64,000 nt of DNA from Planctomycetota bacterium (lineage in GTDB: Bacteria; Planctomycetota; UBA1135; UBA2386). The notes beneath the pieces are model-generated. The model was not told where the DNA came from, did no database searches, and saw only the letters and a program-made list of their open reading frames with translations. The stretch spans positions 13,896-77,895 of the forward strand of contig JADLFX010000003.1 of NCBI GenBank assembly GCA_020849665.1. Reading direction: 5' to 3'. Shown here in pieces: positions 23,141-32,424 of the stretch. The first letter of the stretch is position 1. Each line of letters begins with the position of its first letter. The position numbers were made by a program, and so were the translations under genes.

Positions 23141-25561
23141 CTAGGGCGCGATCCGCGTCGCGATCGCGTCGGAGAAGTAGCCGCCGGTGCCGGCCTGCAC
23201 GAACGCCTGCGAGAAGAACGTGACGCCGGCGAGGCCGGGATCGGCCGGGATCGTCAGCCGCCAGGTCGCCGAGCCGGTCACGTCGGTCTGGATCGCGAAC
23301 GCCAGCAGCCCGCCGGGATGCACGAGCAGCGGGCCGAACCCGGAGAGCGGCAGCACGGTGGGCGAGCCGCCCACGAGCACCACGCCCGGGGCGTTGGGCC
23401 ACGCGCGGCTCACCATGTAGTCGACGCCCTGGCCGGGCGCGGGCAGGCCCTCGCCCCACAGGCGCAGCGGCGCGGTCCTGGGGTCGGGCGCGTTGTAGCC
23501 GAGGTGGCCGCCGGGCTCGGCCCGGTTGACCTGCCGCGGCGTGGGGATCGCGAAGGTCACGTCCACCGCGGGGAAACCGGGCAGCCTGCCGGTCGAGGTG
23601 TCCGCCGACTGGGCGCCGAACTCGATCCAGTCCAGATTGGTCACGCCGTCCCGGTCGTAGAGCGCCAGCTCCTCGCCGTCCGCGCTCAGCTTGAAGTTGG
23701 CGTGGAGCGGTCCCTGGGTCCCGTTCTCGTCGGCCCAGACGATCAGGGTCCCGCCGGGCGGCAGGGTCTGGCCATCGGGGATCCGCCACTTGGCAGGCTC
23801 CGCCACCGTGTCGGTCAGGTAGAGGCCGCCCACCGCGACGCTCTGTGTGCCGGTGTTGACGAGTTCGATCCAGTCCTCGCGCTCGCCGGCCTCGTCGCGG
23901 ATGCCGTTGTCGTTCTTGGCCACGAACTCGCTGATCTGGACCGCACCCTCAGGCGGCACGCCGCGCACGCGGTAGCTGCGGGCGGTGAACTCGGCCAGCG
24001 GCGGCAGGAACGCCATGGCGCCGCCGGTGGCGAGATCGCCGTTGGCGCCCACGTAGTACTCCACGAGCCGGAGCGGGCCCTGCGGCGGGATCGTGGCGCC
24101 GTACACGCCGTCGTTGGCGGCGCCGTCGCCATGGTTGCCGTCGTCGAACATCGGCGTCTCGACAAACCGCCCCTGCACGCGGTGGTGGAGCGTCACGGCG
24201 GTGGCCGCGGCGCCCGAGACCGTGACGTTCACGGTCACGCCCTGCTGCGGGGTCGGGGCCGCCGGCGTGTGCGTCAGGTTGGCGAGCGTCGGCGCCACCT
24301 TGCGCAGTTCCGCGTGCGAGGCGAGGAACGCGTTGCGGTCCTGGAAGAAGGGCTGCAGGCCGGGGACGGTGACGATCCCGACGTTGAGCGCGGTGGTCAG
24401 GTTCTGGTCGAAGAACTGCAGCGTGTAGATGCTGCGCGTGTCGGCGGCGACGAGTGGCCGGATCATGGCGCGCAGCTGCTGGATGCGCGCGCCGAGCGTC
24501 GACCAGGAGAACTCCGGCAGCATGGTCCGGTAGTGCGCGAGGTAGCGGGCGCGCCATTCCGGCCGCTGGACGATGCGGGTCAGGAGCGGGCGGGGGTTGG
24601 CGCTGTCGAACTCGCGGAAGAACGGATCGATCCGGGCGACGCCGGTCGTGGTCAGGCCGTCGGTGAGGCCGCCGAAGCCGTTGTTCACGTCCCAGGGCAG
24701 GATCACCATCCGGCCATGGCAGAGGTCCTCGTAGAGGTAGAAGTTCTTGCAGGTCCGGCCGAGGTAGCTGTCCAGCCACGCGGTGAGGTTCGCGACCGCG
24801 AGGAAGCGCAGCGCGTTGTCGACGTCGAGGACCTTCGGCAGCTCGACCGGAAGCTGCGCGACCGGCGTGTTGTTGAGGACGTCGATCGTGTGGATGAGGT
24901 CCACCCAGGGCGTGTGGCTGCCGTTCTCGGTCTTGAGCTGGTAGGCACTCAGGTACGGCGTCTGGCTGGTGCCCAGCCAGGTGAGCGCGGAGTTGGCGTA
25001 CGGCACGTTGCCCGTCCGCTCGCCGCGGTACCGGTTGCCAGCGTCCTCCGGCAGCCACTCCTCCAGGAAGTCGCGGTTGATCTGCTGCGTGTTGACGAAG
25101 AGTCCCAGGTCCTCGCCGTTGACCACGAACTTCACGTAGCACGACTTCGGCGCAGGCAGGTACCTGCGCATGAACTCGTAGCCGGCGACCTCACGCACGA
25201 AGCTCGGGTCCCAGATGTTGTTGGTGATGTTCAGCGTGTTGTAGCCCTGCACGTCCTGGCCGGGCACGAACTCGTCGAACGAGAGCTTCCAGGGCCGCTT
25301 GTCGGTCTTGTTGGCCGGCAGGAAGCGGTAGGTCGAGAAGCCGCGGTGCCGCGCGCCGACGTCCCGGTACACGACGTTGTCGATCTTGACGTCGACCTTG
25401 ATGTAGGTCTGGGAGGCGTAGTTGGCCGCCATCACCGTGCGCCAGTCGGCCGGTGCCGTGACCTCGATCGTCCGGATGGTGGCGATGTCGTAGAGGTCCT
25501 GTGCGGCGGTTGCGCCGACGACCATCGCTGCCGCCAGGAGCGTGCGGGACAGAGCGTGCAT
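23141..25561 (-). CDS. Secreted CotH-kinase-family protein with a lamin-tail (LTD) domain and the shared C-terminal module
   Basis: Internal ATG of track ORF 23141..25624 gives signal peptide MHALSRTLLAAAMVVGATAAQ. The CotH-like core includes DKRPWKLSFDEFVPGQ, YVKFVVNGEDLGLFVNTQQI and KNFYLYEDLCHGRMVILPWDVNNGFG. The LTD reads QISEFVAKNDNGIRDEAGEREDWIELVNTGTQSVAVGGLYLTD. Confidence 0.85.
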   Translation of the reverse strand: MHALSRTLLAAAMVVGATAAQDLYDIATIRTIEVTAPADWRTVMAANYASQTYIKVDVKIDNVVYRDVGARHRGFSTYRFLPANKTDKRPWKLSFDEFVPGQDVQGYNTLNITNNIWDPSFVREVAGYEFMRRYLPAPKSCYVKFVVNGEDLGLFVNTQQINRDFLEEWLPEDAGNRYRGERTGNVPYANSALTWLGTSQTPYLSAYQLKTENGSHTPWVDLIHTIDVLNNTPVAQLPVELPKVLDVDNALRFLAVANLTAWLDSYLGRTCKNFYLYEDLCHGRMVILPWDVNNGFGGLTDGLTTTGVARIDPFFREFDSANPRPLLTRIVQRPEWRARYLAHYRTMLPEFSWSTLGARIQQLRAMIRPLVAADTRSIYTLQFFDQNLTTALNVGIVTVPGLQPFFQDRNAFLASHAELRKVAPTLANLTHTPAAPTPQQGVTVNVTVSGAAATAVTLHHRVQGRFVETPMFDDGNHGDGAANDGVYGATIPPQGPLRLVEYYVGANGDLATGGAMAFLPPLAEFTARSYRVRGVPPEGAVQISEFVAKNDNGIRDEAGEREDWIELVNTGTQSVAVGGLYLTDTVAEPAKWRIPDGQTLPPGGTLIVWADENGTQGPLHANFKLSADGEELALYDRDGVTNLDWIEFGAQSADTSTGRLPGFPAVDVTFAIPTPRQVNRAEPGGHLGYNAPDPRTAPLRLWGEGLPAPGQGVDYMVSRAWPNAPGVVLVGGSPTVLPLSGFGPLLVHPGGLLAFAIQTDVTGSATWRLTIPADPGLAGVTFFSQAFVQAGTGGYFSDAIATRIAP

Positions 25562-25709
25562 GGAGGACTCCGCAGGAGAGGAGGAGCAGTGGCGGGGCCA
25601 GGCGGCGAGCGCGGGTTGTAGCACAAGGCCCGGGCCGGTGCCCGTCAGGGCCGGCCACGGCCGCGCCGCACAGCGGCAGGGTCCCGAACTCCTTCCCGAG
25701 GCGTCCCAG

Positions 25710-26240
25710 TCACGCCTTGCCGCACTCGCACTCGATGCAGCCGTGAGTGGCGCACACCTTGCAGGTCTGCAGGAGGCTCTTGTGCAGGGCTTGGCGGGCG
25801 CGGTGGCGCCGCACCTTCAGGTTGTTCGGGGTGATGCCGAGGCGCCGCGCGGCCGCGGCGGTCTCCTCGCCGCCGAGGTCCACCGCACGCAAGAGCTCGG
25901 CCTGGGCCCCGGGCAGCGCGTCGATGGCGGTGCCGAGGCAGGCGCAGACCGCGGCCAGGGTCTCGGCCGGCGCGGCCAGGTCGTCTTCGGGCACATCCGG
26001 GGCGCTGCGCACCCGCTCGCGGCCGCGGCGCTCGATCAGGTCGGCCAGCGTGTTGCGCAGGATCCGGTAGAACCACGCCACCAGCCGCTCCTCGTCGCGC
26101 ACGGAGTCGGCGTGGGCCAGTGCCTTCAGCAGCGCCTCCTGCACGGCGTCGGCGGCGAGCTCGGGATCGCCGACGCGACGGCGCGCGAACGCCACGAAGG
26201 CGGTGAGGTTCTCGAGCAGGCGTTCGCTGCGCTGGGTCAT
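25710..26240 (-). CDS. ECF sigma factor with a Cys-rich C-terminal extension (CorE-like / ECF44-type)
   Basis: Internal ATG of track ORF 25710..26396: MTQRSERLLENLTAFVAFARRRVGDPELAADAVQEALLKA... It ends in LLQTCKVCATHGCIECECGKA, with further Cys in AAVCACLG. Confidence 0.8.
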   Translation of the reverse strand: MTQRSERLLENLTAFVAFARRRVGDPELAADAVQEALLKALAHADSVRDEERLVAWFYRILRNTLADLIERRGRERVRSAPDVPEDDLAAPAETLAAVCACLGTAIDALPGAQAELLRAVDLGGEETAAAARRLGITPNNLKVRRHRARQALHKSLLQTCKVCATHGCIECECGKA

Positions 26241-26289
26241 GGTGGCTCCGCACGGCGACTCGCTGCGCGCCACCGAGGCGGAGAAGAAC

Positions 26290-26886
26290 TCAGTGGCAGG
26301 CACGGCCGTGCCTCCGGAGCTGATGGTAGTTGTAGGGGAGGGGGGCCAGGAAGCCGACCACCAGGGCGGGCACCCAGGCGAGCCAGTAGCCCGCATGGTG
26401 GATCGGTATGCGCTCGCCGCCCATCGCCACCCAGTCGGTGACGTTCATGGCGAGTTCCATCGCCACCATCGAGATCAGGCTCATGCCCCATGCGATGCGC
26501 AGGGCCGAGGGCCAGGGCATGCGTTCCCGCACGCGCAGGACCACGGTCTCCAGGGCGAGCGAGGTGCCGATGCCGGCCACGATCGCGATCGCCATCAGCA
26601 GGGCGAGCGGAATCTCGGGCCAGGCGATGGGCACCAGGGTCATCGCGGCGATGTCGCCGATCGCGCAGCCCAGCAGGCATTGCGCGGTGTTGAAGGACGC
26701 GCGCCGCCAGGTGGCGAAGTCGCGCCAGAACCCGGCCTGCGCGGCCCTGCCCGCACTTGGGGATCCGGTGGTCTCTGGTGTCCCCTCCGCCGCGGCTCCG
26801 GGCCGGCAGCAGGGGGAGGTGGCGTCGGGCCGCCCGTGCTCCGGCATCGTGCAGGCCGCGGGCGGGGTCTCGGTGTTCGTGGTCAT
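26290..26886 (-). CDS. Membrane protein, DUF4396-like, with a Cys-containing N-terminal tail
   Basis: 198 aa. N-terminus PAACTMPEHGRPDATSPCCRPG. TM core with AQCLLGCAIGDIAAMTL. The family assignment is from memory of the CxxGCxxG(D/E) signature. Confidence 0.6.
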   Translation of the reverse strand: MTTNTETPPAACTMPEHGRPDATSPCCRPGAAAEGTPETTGSPSAGRAAQAGFWRDFATWRRASFNTAQCLLGCAIGDIAAMTLVPIAWPEIPLALLMAIAIVAGIGTSLALETVVLRVRERMPWPSALRIAWGMSLISMVAMELAMNVTDWVAMGGERIPIHHAGYWLAWVPALVVGFLAPLPYNYHQLRRHGRACH

Positions 26887-26960
26887 GGCTCGTGCTCCGC
26901 GCCTGCCGACGGTCGGGCGCCGGTGCGGTTACACGGCCGGAAGCTGCCGGACGCTCCGCC

Positions 26961-29081
26961 TCACCCCGACGGGGCGGTGCGGCGGCGGCGGCCGAGCTTC
27001 TTCTGCTCCTCCTGCTCGTGGGCGTGGCGGGCCTTCTGCGCCTGCTCCAGGAACACCGCCTGGCTGCGCACCGGCGCCGCCTCGGGGGCACGGGCCACGC
27101 GGCGGAATCCACCGTCGGGCAGGATCTCGCGCGCCTTGACGTTGTCCTCGAAGGTGACCTGCAGGATGTCCTGGATCACGCGCTTCTTGAGCGCGGGGTC
27201 GAGCACGGGAAACACCGCCTCGACGCGGTAGTCGAGGTTGCGCACCATCCAGTCCGCCGACGCGAGCCACACCTCGCCTTCGCCGCCGTTCTCGAAGAAG
27301 AAGATCCGGCTGTGTTCCAGGAAGCGGTCGACGATCGACACCACCTGGATGTTCTCGGAGAGGCCGGGCACGCCCGGGCGCAGGGTGCAGATGCCGCGCA
27401 CGCACAGGCGCACGCGCACGCCGGCCTGGCTGGCGCGGTAGAGCAGCCGCACGGTCTGCGGATCGGCCAAGCCGTTCATCTTGGCCAGGATCGCGGCCTT
27501 GCGGCCGGCCTGCGCGTTCTTGATCTCGCGCTCGATCCACTGGGTGAGTCGGCTGCGGAACGCGAAGGGCGCGGCCACGAGGCGGCGCATCACCGGCACC
27601 TGTGCGTAGCCGGTGATCATGTTGAAGAGGTCCGCCACGTCCTGGCAGAGGGCGTCCTGTGCGGTCATCAGCGCGAAGTCGGTGTACACGCGCGCGCTGG
27701 CGGCGTTGTAGTTGCCCGTGCCCAGGTGGCAGTAGCGGCGGATGCCGTCCTCTTCGCGCCGGATCACCAGGCAGACCTTGGCGTGGGTCTTGAGCCCGAC
27801 GATGCCGTACACGACGTGCACGCCGGCCTGCTCCATGCGGCGCGCCCAGCGGATGTTGGCCTCCTCGTCGAAGCGCGCCTTCAGCTCGACCACCACCGTG
27901 ACCTGCTTGCGGTTCTCGGCCGCGCGGATCAGGTCGGCCACGATCGAGGAGTCCTCGCCCGCCCGGTAGATGGTCATCTTCAGGGCCAGCACGCGCGGGT
28001 CGGCCGCGGCGTAGCGCACGAATTCCTCGACCGTGTGGAACGAGTCGTAGGGATGGTGCAGCAGCAGGTCGCCCTCGCGCAGCGCCGCGAACATCGCCTC
28101 CGGCGAGCCCCAGGTGGCCAACTTGCGCGGCGCGTACGGCGGGTCCTTGAGCGCCGGATTGTCGACGGTGCGGTACAGCTCCATCAGGCGGCCCAGGTTG
28201 ACCGGGCCGTCGCAGAAGTACACGTCGTCCGGCTCCAGGCCGAAGGCGTCGAGGAAGCGCTCGATCACCTCGGGATGGGCCTCGCGTGCGATCTCCAGGC
28301 GGACCGGCTCGCCGCGGCGCCGCTTGCGCAGCTCGCGCTCGATGGTCACCAGCAGGTTCTCGCTCTCGGCCTCGTCCACGTCCAGGTTGCCGTCGCGGGT
28401 CACCCGGAACGCGGTCGCGTGCAGCACCTGGAACCCGGGGAAGAGCAGGTCGAGGTGTTCGCGCACCAGGTCGGCCATCAGCACGAACGCGTTCTGGCCC
28501 GTGGCCTCCGGGAGGCGCACGAGTCGCGACAGGACCCGCGGCACCTGCACCACGGCCATGCGCTTGACCTGCGGCTTGCGTGGATCCTGGAGCACGGCCG
28601 CCAGGTTCAGCGACTTGTTGAGCAGGGACGGGAACGGATGCGCCGGATCCACCGCCAGCGGAGTGAGCACCGGGAACACCTCGCGCTGGAAGTACTCCCG
28701 CAGCCACTGCTGTTGCTCCGGTGCCAGCGTGCGGATCGACGGGAAGCGGATGCCCGCCTTCTCGAGCGCCGGGATCAGGGTCTGGGTCCAGGCGCGGTGC
28801 ATCTCCTCGTTGAAGCGCCCCGCGTCCTTGCGGATCGCGTCGAGTTCCTCCTTGGGGGTCAGTCCGACCTCCGGCACCTCGGAGGGCAGGCCGGCATCGA
28901 CCCGCTCCATCACCCCGGCCACGCGCACCTCGAAGAACTCGTCCAGGTTGGTGCTGCAGATCGCCAGGAACTTGACCCGCTCCAGCGCCGGATTGGTCTC
29001 GTCGAGGGCTTCTTCCAGCACGCGCCGGTTGAAGTTGAGCCAGGACAGCTCGCGGTTGATGAAGAGTGGCTCTTCGCTCAT
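26961..29081 (-). CDS. ppk: Polyphosphate kinase 1
   Basis: Internal ATG of track ORF 26961..29213: MSEEPLFINRELSWLNFNRRVLEEALDETNPALERVKFLAICSTNLDEFFEVRVAG. 706 aa. Later motif: GTGNYNAASARVYTDFALMT. Confidence 0.95.
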   Translation of the reverse strand: MSEEPLFINRELSWLNFNRRVLEEALDETNPALERVKFLAICSTNLDEFFEVRVAGVMERVDAGLPSEVPEVGLTPKEELDAIRKDAGRFNEEMHRAWTQTLIPALEKAGIRFPSIRTLAPEQQQWLREYFQREVFPVLTPLAVDPAHPFPSLLNKSLNLAAVLQDPRKPQVKRMAVVQVPRVLSRLVRLPEATGQNAFVLMADLVREHLDLLFPGFQVLHATAFRVTRDGNLDVDEAESENLLVTIERELRKRRRGEPVRLEIAREAHPEVIERFLDAFGLEPDDVYFCDGPVNLGRLMELYRTVDNPALKDPPYAPRKLATWGSPEAMFAALREGDLLLHHPYDSFHTVEEFVRYAAADPRVLALKMTIYRAGEDSSIVADLIRAAENRKQVTVVVELKARFDEEANIRWARRMEQAGVHVVYGIVGLKTHAKVCLVIRREEDGIRRYCHLGTGNYNAASARVYTDFALMTAQDALCQDVADLFNMITGYAQVPVMRRLVAAPFAFRSRLTQWIEREIKNAQAGRKAAILAKMNGLADPQTVRLLYRASQAGVRVRLCVRGICTLRPGVPGLSENIQVVSIVDRFLEHSRIFFFENGGEGEVWLASADWMVRNLDYRVEAVFPVLDPALKKRVIQDILQVTFEDNVKAREILPDGGFRRVARAPEAAPVRSQAVFLEQAQKARHAHEQEEQKKLGRRRRTAPSG

Positions 29082-29252
29082 GGCAGCGGCGCGGAATGGC
29101 CGGGAAGGGGGCGCGGAATGGTATCGGCACCGGCGTGCCCCCGCATCGGCATCGCGACCGGAAGCGGCGTCGCCATGGCGCCGTGAAGCGCCGGTGAGAC
29201 ACGCCGTCCGCATGCGTCAAGACCGGGATGCCACCTGCCGATCCCGTGGTGC

Positions 29253-30542
29253 GTGCAAGGGACGGGGTCGGCGCCCACGCCACACCCAGAGTCACTCCTC
29301 GTGATCACCATCGATCAGCTCCTGCACGAAATGGTCAAGCACCGCGCGTCCGACCTGCACCTGCGCGCCGGCACGCTGCCCGGGTTCCGCATCGACGGCA
29401 ACCTGGTCCCGCAGGAGCGATACGACGCGCTCACGCCGGAGCTCACCAAGACCCTCGCCCACAGCCTGATGAGCGAGGAGCAGCGCAAACGCTTCGAACA
29501 CGAGCTGGAGATGGACTTCAGCCACGCCGTGCCCGGGCTGTCGCGCTTCCGCGTGAACGTGATGGTGCAGCGCGGCTCCGTGGCGATGGTGCTGCGCCAG
29601 ATCCCGGACCGGATCCCCACCGCGGCCGACCTGCACCTGCCGCAGATCTGCCTGGAGCTGGCGCTCAAGCCGCGCGGGCTGGTGCTGGTCACCGGACCCA
29701 CGGGCAGCGGCAAGTCGACCACGCTGGCGGCGATGATCGACCACTACAACTCGAACGAGTCCGGCCACATCCTCACCATGGAGGACCCGCTGGAGTTCAT
29801 CCACCCGGACAAGAAGTGCTACGTGACCCAGCGGCAGGTGGGGCTGGACACGCGCTCGTTCCAGGAGGCGCTGCGCCGCGCCCTGCGCCAGGACCCGGAC
29901 GTGATCCTGATCGGCGAGATGCGCGACCTGGAGACGATCTCGATGGCGATCACCGCGGCGGAGACCGGCCACCTGGTGTTCGGCACGCTGCACACCACGA
30001 CCGCGATCTCGACCGTGGACCGGATCATCGACGTGTTCCCGCACGAGGCGCAGCAGCAGGTGCGCGTGCAGCTCGGCTCCACGCTGCAGGGCGTGATCAG
30101 CCAGGCGCTCCTGCCCAAGGTGGGCGGCGGGCGCGTGGCGGCGCGCGAGATCCTGATCGCCACCGACGGCGTGCGCTCGCTGGTGCGCGAGGGCAAGACC
30201 GCGCAGATCGTCAACCTGATGCAGACCGGCGCGAAGTCCGGCATGAGCACCCTCGAGAACGAGCTGGCCAACCTCGTGAACAAGGGGCTGGTCGCCCTCG
30301 ACGACGCGCTCTCGTTCGCCAACCGCCCCGAGGACGTGATGCGGCTGGTGAAGGACACGCCGCAGCGTGCGGCGGCCGCCGAGGCGGGGATGGCGTCGAT
30401 GGCGGCCATGGGCGGCGGGCGCGGGGCGGCGGCGGGCGTGGGCGCGGCCGTGGGCGGCGGGACGGGCCTGGGTGCCGGGACGATGCTGGGCACCGGCTCA
30501 CGGCCGGCGCCCTCGCCGATGGCCCGGCCGAGGCCGTCCTGA
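29253..30542 (+). CDS. pilT: Type IV pilus retraction ATPase PilT with a Gly/Ala-rich C-terminal tail
   Basis: Motifs: ASDLHLRAG, GLVLVTGPTGSGKSTTLAAMID, ILTMEDPLEF, DPDVILIGEMRDLETI, TGHLVFGTLHT. The in-frame GTG at 29301 (VITIDQLLHEMV) is a likely alternative start. Confidence 0.9.
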   Translation: MQGTGSAPTPHPESLLVITIDQLLHEMVKHRASDLHLRAGTLPGFRIDGNLVPQERYDALTPELTKTLAHSLMSEEQRKRFEHELEMDFSHAVPGLSRFRVNVMVQRGSVAMVLRQIPDRIPTAADLHLPQICLELALKPRGLVLVTGPTGSGKSTTLAAMIDHYNSNESGHILTMEDPLEFIHPDKKCYVTQRQVGLDTRSFQEALRRALRQDPDVILIGEMRDLETISMAITAAETGHLVFGTLHTTTAISTVDRIIDVFPHEAQQQVRVQLGSTLQGVISQALLPKVGGGRVAAREILIATDGVRSLVREGKTAQIVNLMQTGAKSGMSTLENELANLVNKGLVALDDALSFANRPEDVMRLVKDTPQRAAAAEAGMASMAAMGGGRGAAAGVGAAVGGGTGLGAGTMLGTGSRPAPSPMARPRPS

Positions 30543-30560
30543 TTCGCCGGCGGGCGCCGG

Positions 30561-32003
30561 TCAGCGCCTGCCGGTGTCCGTTCCCCCGATCAGCCAGCGC
30601 GGCGCGTGTGCCGCGTCGAGCAGGCGTTCGGCCAGCCATGCCGTCGCCAGGAGCCACGCCGGCACGGCCCAGTGCAGCAGGAGCCGGGTGGCGCTCGAGC
30701 GCAGGTGATGCCGCACGTCGGGCTCCGGCGAGAGCAGGAACGCCGCCACGACGGAGAGCAGGCCGCAGCCCAGGAAGGCCAGGGCGGGGCGCGATGGGCA
30801 GCGCCCCACGATCCGCCGTCGCGTGAGCGCCAGCGCGGCCAGGAGCAGGTAGCAGGTGCCGAAGCGGCGCGGGTGCAGGGCCTGCGCCAGGAGGCCGCCC
30901 AGGATCTCGGGGAGCCGCATGAGGCGTGCGGGCAGCCGGTCGGCGCCGCCGAGGTACTGGGCCACCAGGACGTCGGGACGGGTGCGCAGCCAGGGCAGCA
31001 GCCAGGCGATGGCGGCCACCCCCCCGAGCAGCGCGATCCCGCCGAACAGCGCCAAGGTGCGCGGCGTCAGGCGCGCGCGGAGCTCCCCGGCGGCGAGCGC
31101 CAGGGCGCCCACGCCCAGCGCCGCCAACGCGGGAACGGGACCGGGCGCGGCGAACGTCGTGAGCCGCTGCTGCAGGGGCAGCCAGAGCGCGAACGCCAGC
31201 GTGGCGCCGAGCGTGGCGGCACCGTGCCGTGCGCGCGGTCCGGTCCACGTGGTCAACGCGACCAGGGCCGCGGCGTAGACCGTGCCCTCGGGCTTCGCCA
31301 ACGGCAGCAGGAACGCCGCCGCGCCGAGCAGGAGGTGATCGTCGAGCAGCAGCGCGGCCAGCACGCCGCTCAGCGCCAGCGTCATCAGGAGCTCGGCGTA
31401 GCCCGAGTCCACGCCGCCGCCGCCGTTGCCCACCAGCGCCGGCAGGAGCGCCACGCCGACGGCGGCCAGGAGCGCCACGCCCTGCGGCGCGCCGCGGCGC
31501 GCCACGGCGAGTCCGGCCAGCGCAGCCAGGAGCATGTGCAGGAGCGGGAACAGGATCCGGCCGCCGTTGCCCAGCAGCTGCAGCATGGCGGCGAGCGCGA
31601 AGGGTTGCAGGAGTGGGTAGGCGCGGCTGTGGTGGTACACCCCGGGGTCGGTGAAGAACGGCTGGTCGAGCCCGCGCGGATCGGCGAGGACGCGTGCGCG
31701 CAGGCCCCAGGAGACCACGCCGTCCCATTCGCGCTCGGCCGTGGCCACGGCGCCGTGCCCGACCACGGCCAGCGCGAACGCGGTGACCGCGAGCACCAGG
31801 CCCGTCAGCCAGCGCGGCGGCGGGCCGGCGCCCGGCAGCGCGGCGGGCAGGGCGACGCCCGCGAGGAACACGCCGACGGCGACGGAGAGCGGGAGCAGGA
31901 CCGCGGGCACGGGCCACAGGAGCAGCGCCAGTGCGTGGGCGAGGAGGCCGAACAACGCGAGGCCAAGGACCGCGCCACGCACCCAGCGCCAGCCGGGTTC
32001 CAC
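30561..32003 (-). CDS. Large polytopic membrane protein, possibly a GT-C-fold (ArnT/PMT-like) glycosyltransferase
   Basis: 480 aa with a GTG start and more than 10 hydrophobic helices. It is the last gene of a three-gene minus-strand operon. The functional call is weak and based only on architecture. Confidence 0.6.
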   Translation of the reverse strand: MEPGWRWVRGAVLGLALFGLLAHALALLLWPVPAVLLPLSVAVGVFLAGVALPAALPGAGPPPRWLTGLVLAVTAFALAVVGHGAVATAEREWDGVVSWGLRARVLADPRGLDQPFFTDPGVYHHSRAYPLLQPFALAAMLQLLGNGGRILFPLLHMLLAALAGLAVARRGAPQGVALLAAVGVALLPALVGNGGGGVDSGYAELLMTLALSGVLAALLLDDHLLLGAAAFLLPLAKPEGTVYAAALVALTTWTGPRARHGAATLGATLAFALWLPLQQRLTTFAAPGPVPALAALGVGALALAAGELRARLTPRTLALFGGIALLGGVAAIAWLLPWLRTRPDVLVAQYLGGADRLPARLMRLPEILGGLLAQALHPRRFGTCYLLLAALALTRRRIVGRCPSRPALAFLGCGLLSVVAAFLLSPEPDVRHHLRSSATRLLLHWAVPAWLLATAWLAERLLDAAHAPRWLIGGTDTGRR

Positions 32004-32004
32004 G

Positions 32005-32424
32005 TCAGCGGGTCTCCAGGCGCAGCGCCTTGCCCTCGCCCACCAGCACGGCCTGGGCGAAGCGTCCCCCCGGCGAGGGCAGGCGAGCGATCCGGCGGCC
32101 GGAGTAGGTCGTCGCCTCGGGCGGGACCCGGTCGGCGTGCACCAGGAGCCGCGGCCAGAGCAGCGCCGGCGCGAACTCGAGCGCCCCCTTGCCGTCGCCG
32201 CGGAACAGGATCACGGAGTCGGCGGGCGTGGTGCGCAGGCGCTCGACGGCCGCCGCGCCGCGCAGGAACGCGGTGCGGAACAGGTAGCGCGTGTCGCCCT
32301 CCGCGCGGCAGGCGCGCACCTCGGCCAGGCGCTGGCCGACCACGTCGTGGGGGACGCGCGCCAGGCCGATGCCGGCGTGCAGGCAACCCAGCGCGACCAG
32401 CACCCCGCCCCAGGAGACGCGCAT
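32005..32424 (-). CDS. Small hypothetical protein with an N-terminal TM/signal anchor
   Basis: Internal ATG of track ORF 32005..32673 (MRVSWGGVLVALGCLHAGIG...). The ATG overlaps the upstream stop (ATGA at 32422-32426). It ends 1 nt before the next gene. Confidence 0.5.
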   Translation of the reverse strand: MRVSWGGVLVALGCLHAGIGLARVPHDVVGQRLAEVRACRAEGDTRYLFRTAFLRGAAAVERLRTTPADSVILFRGDGKGALEFAPALLWPRLLVHADRVPPEATTYSGRRIARLPSPGGRFAQAVLVGEGKALRLETR

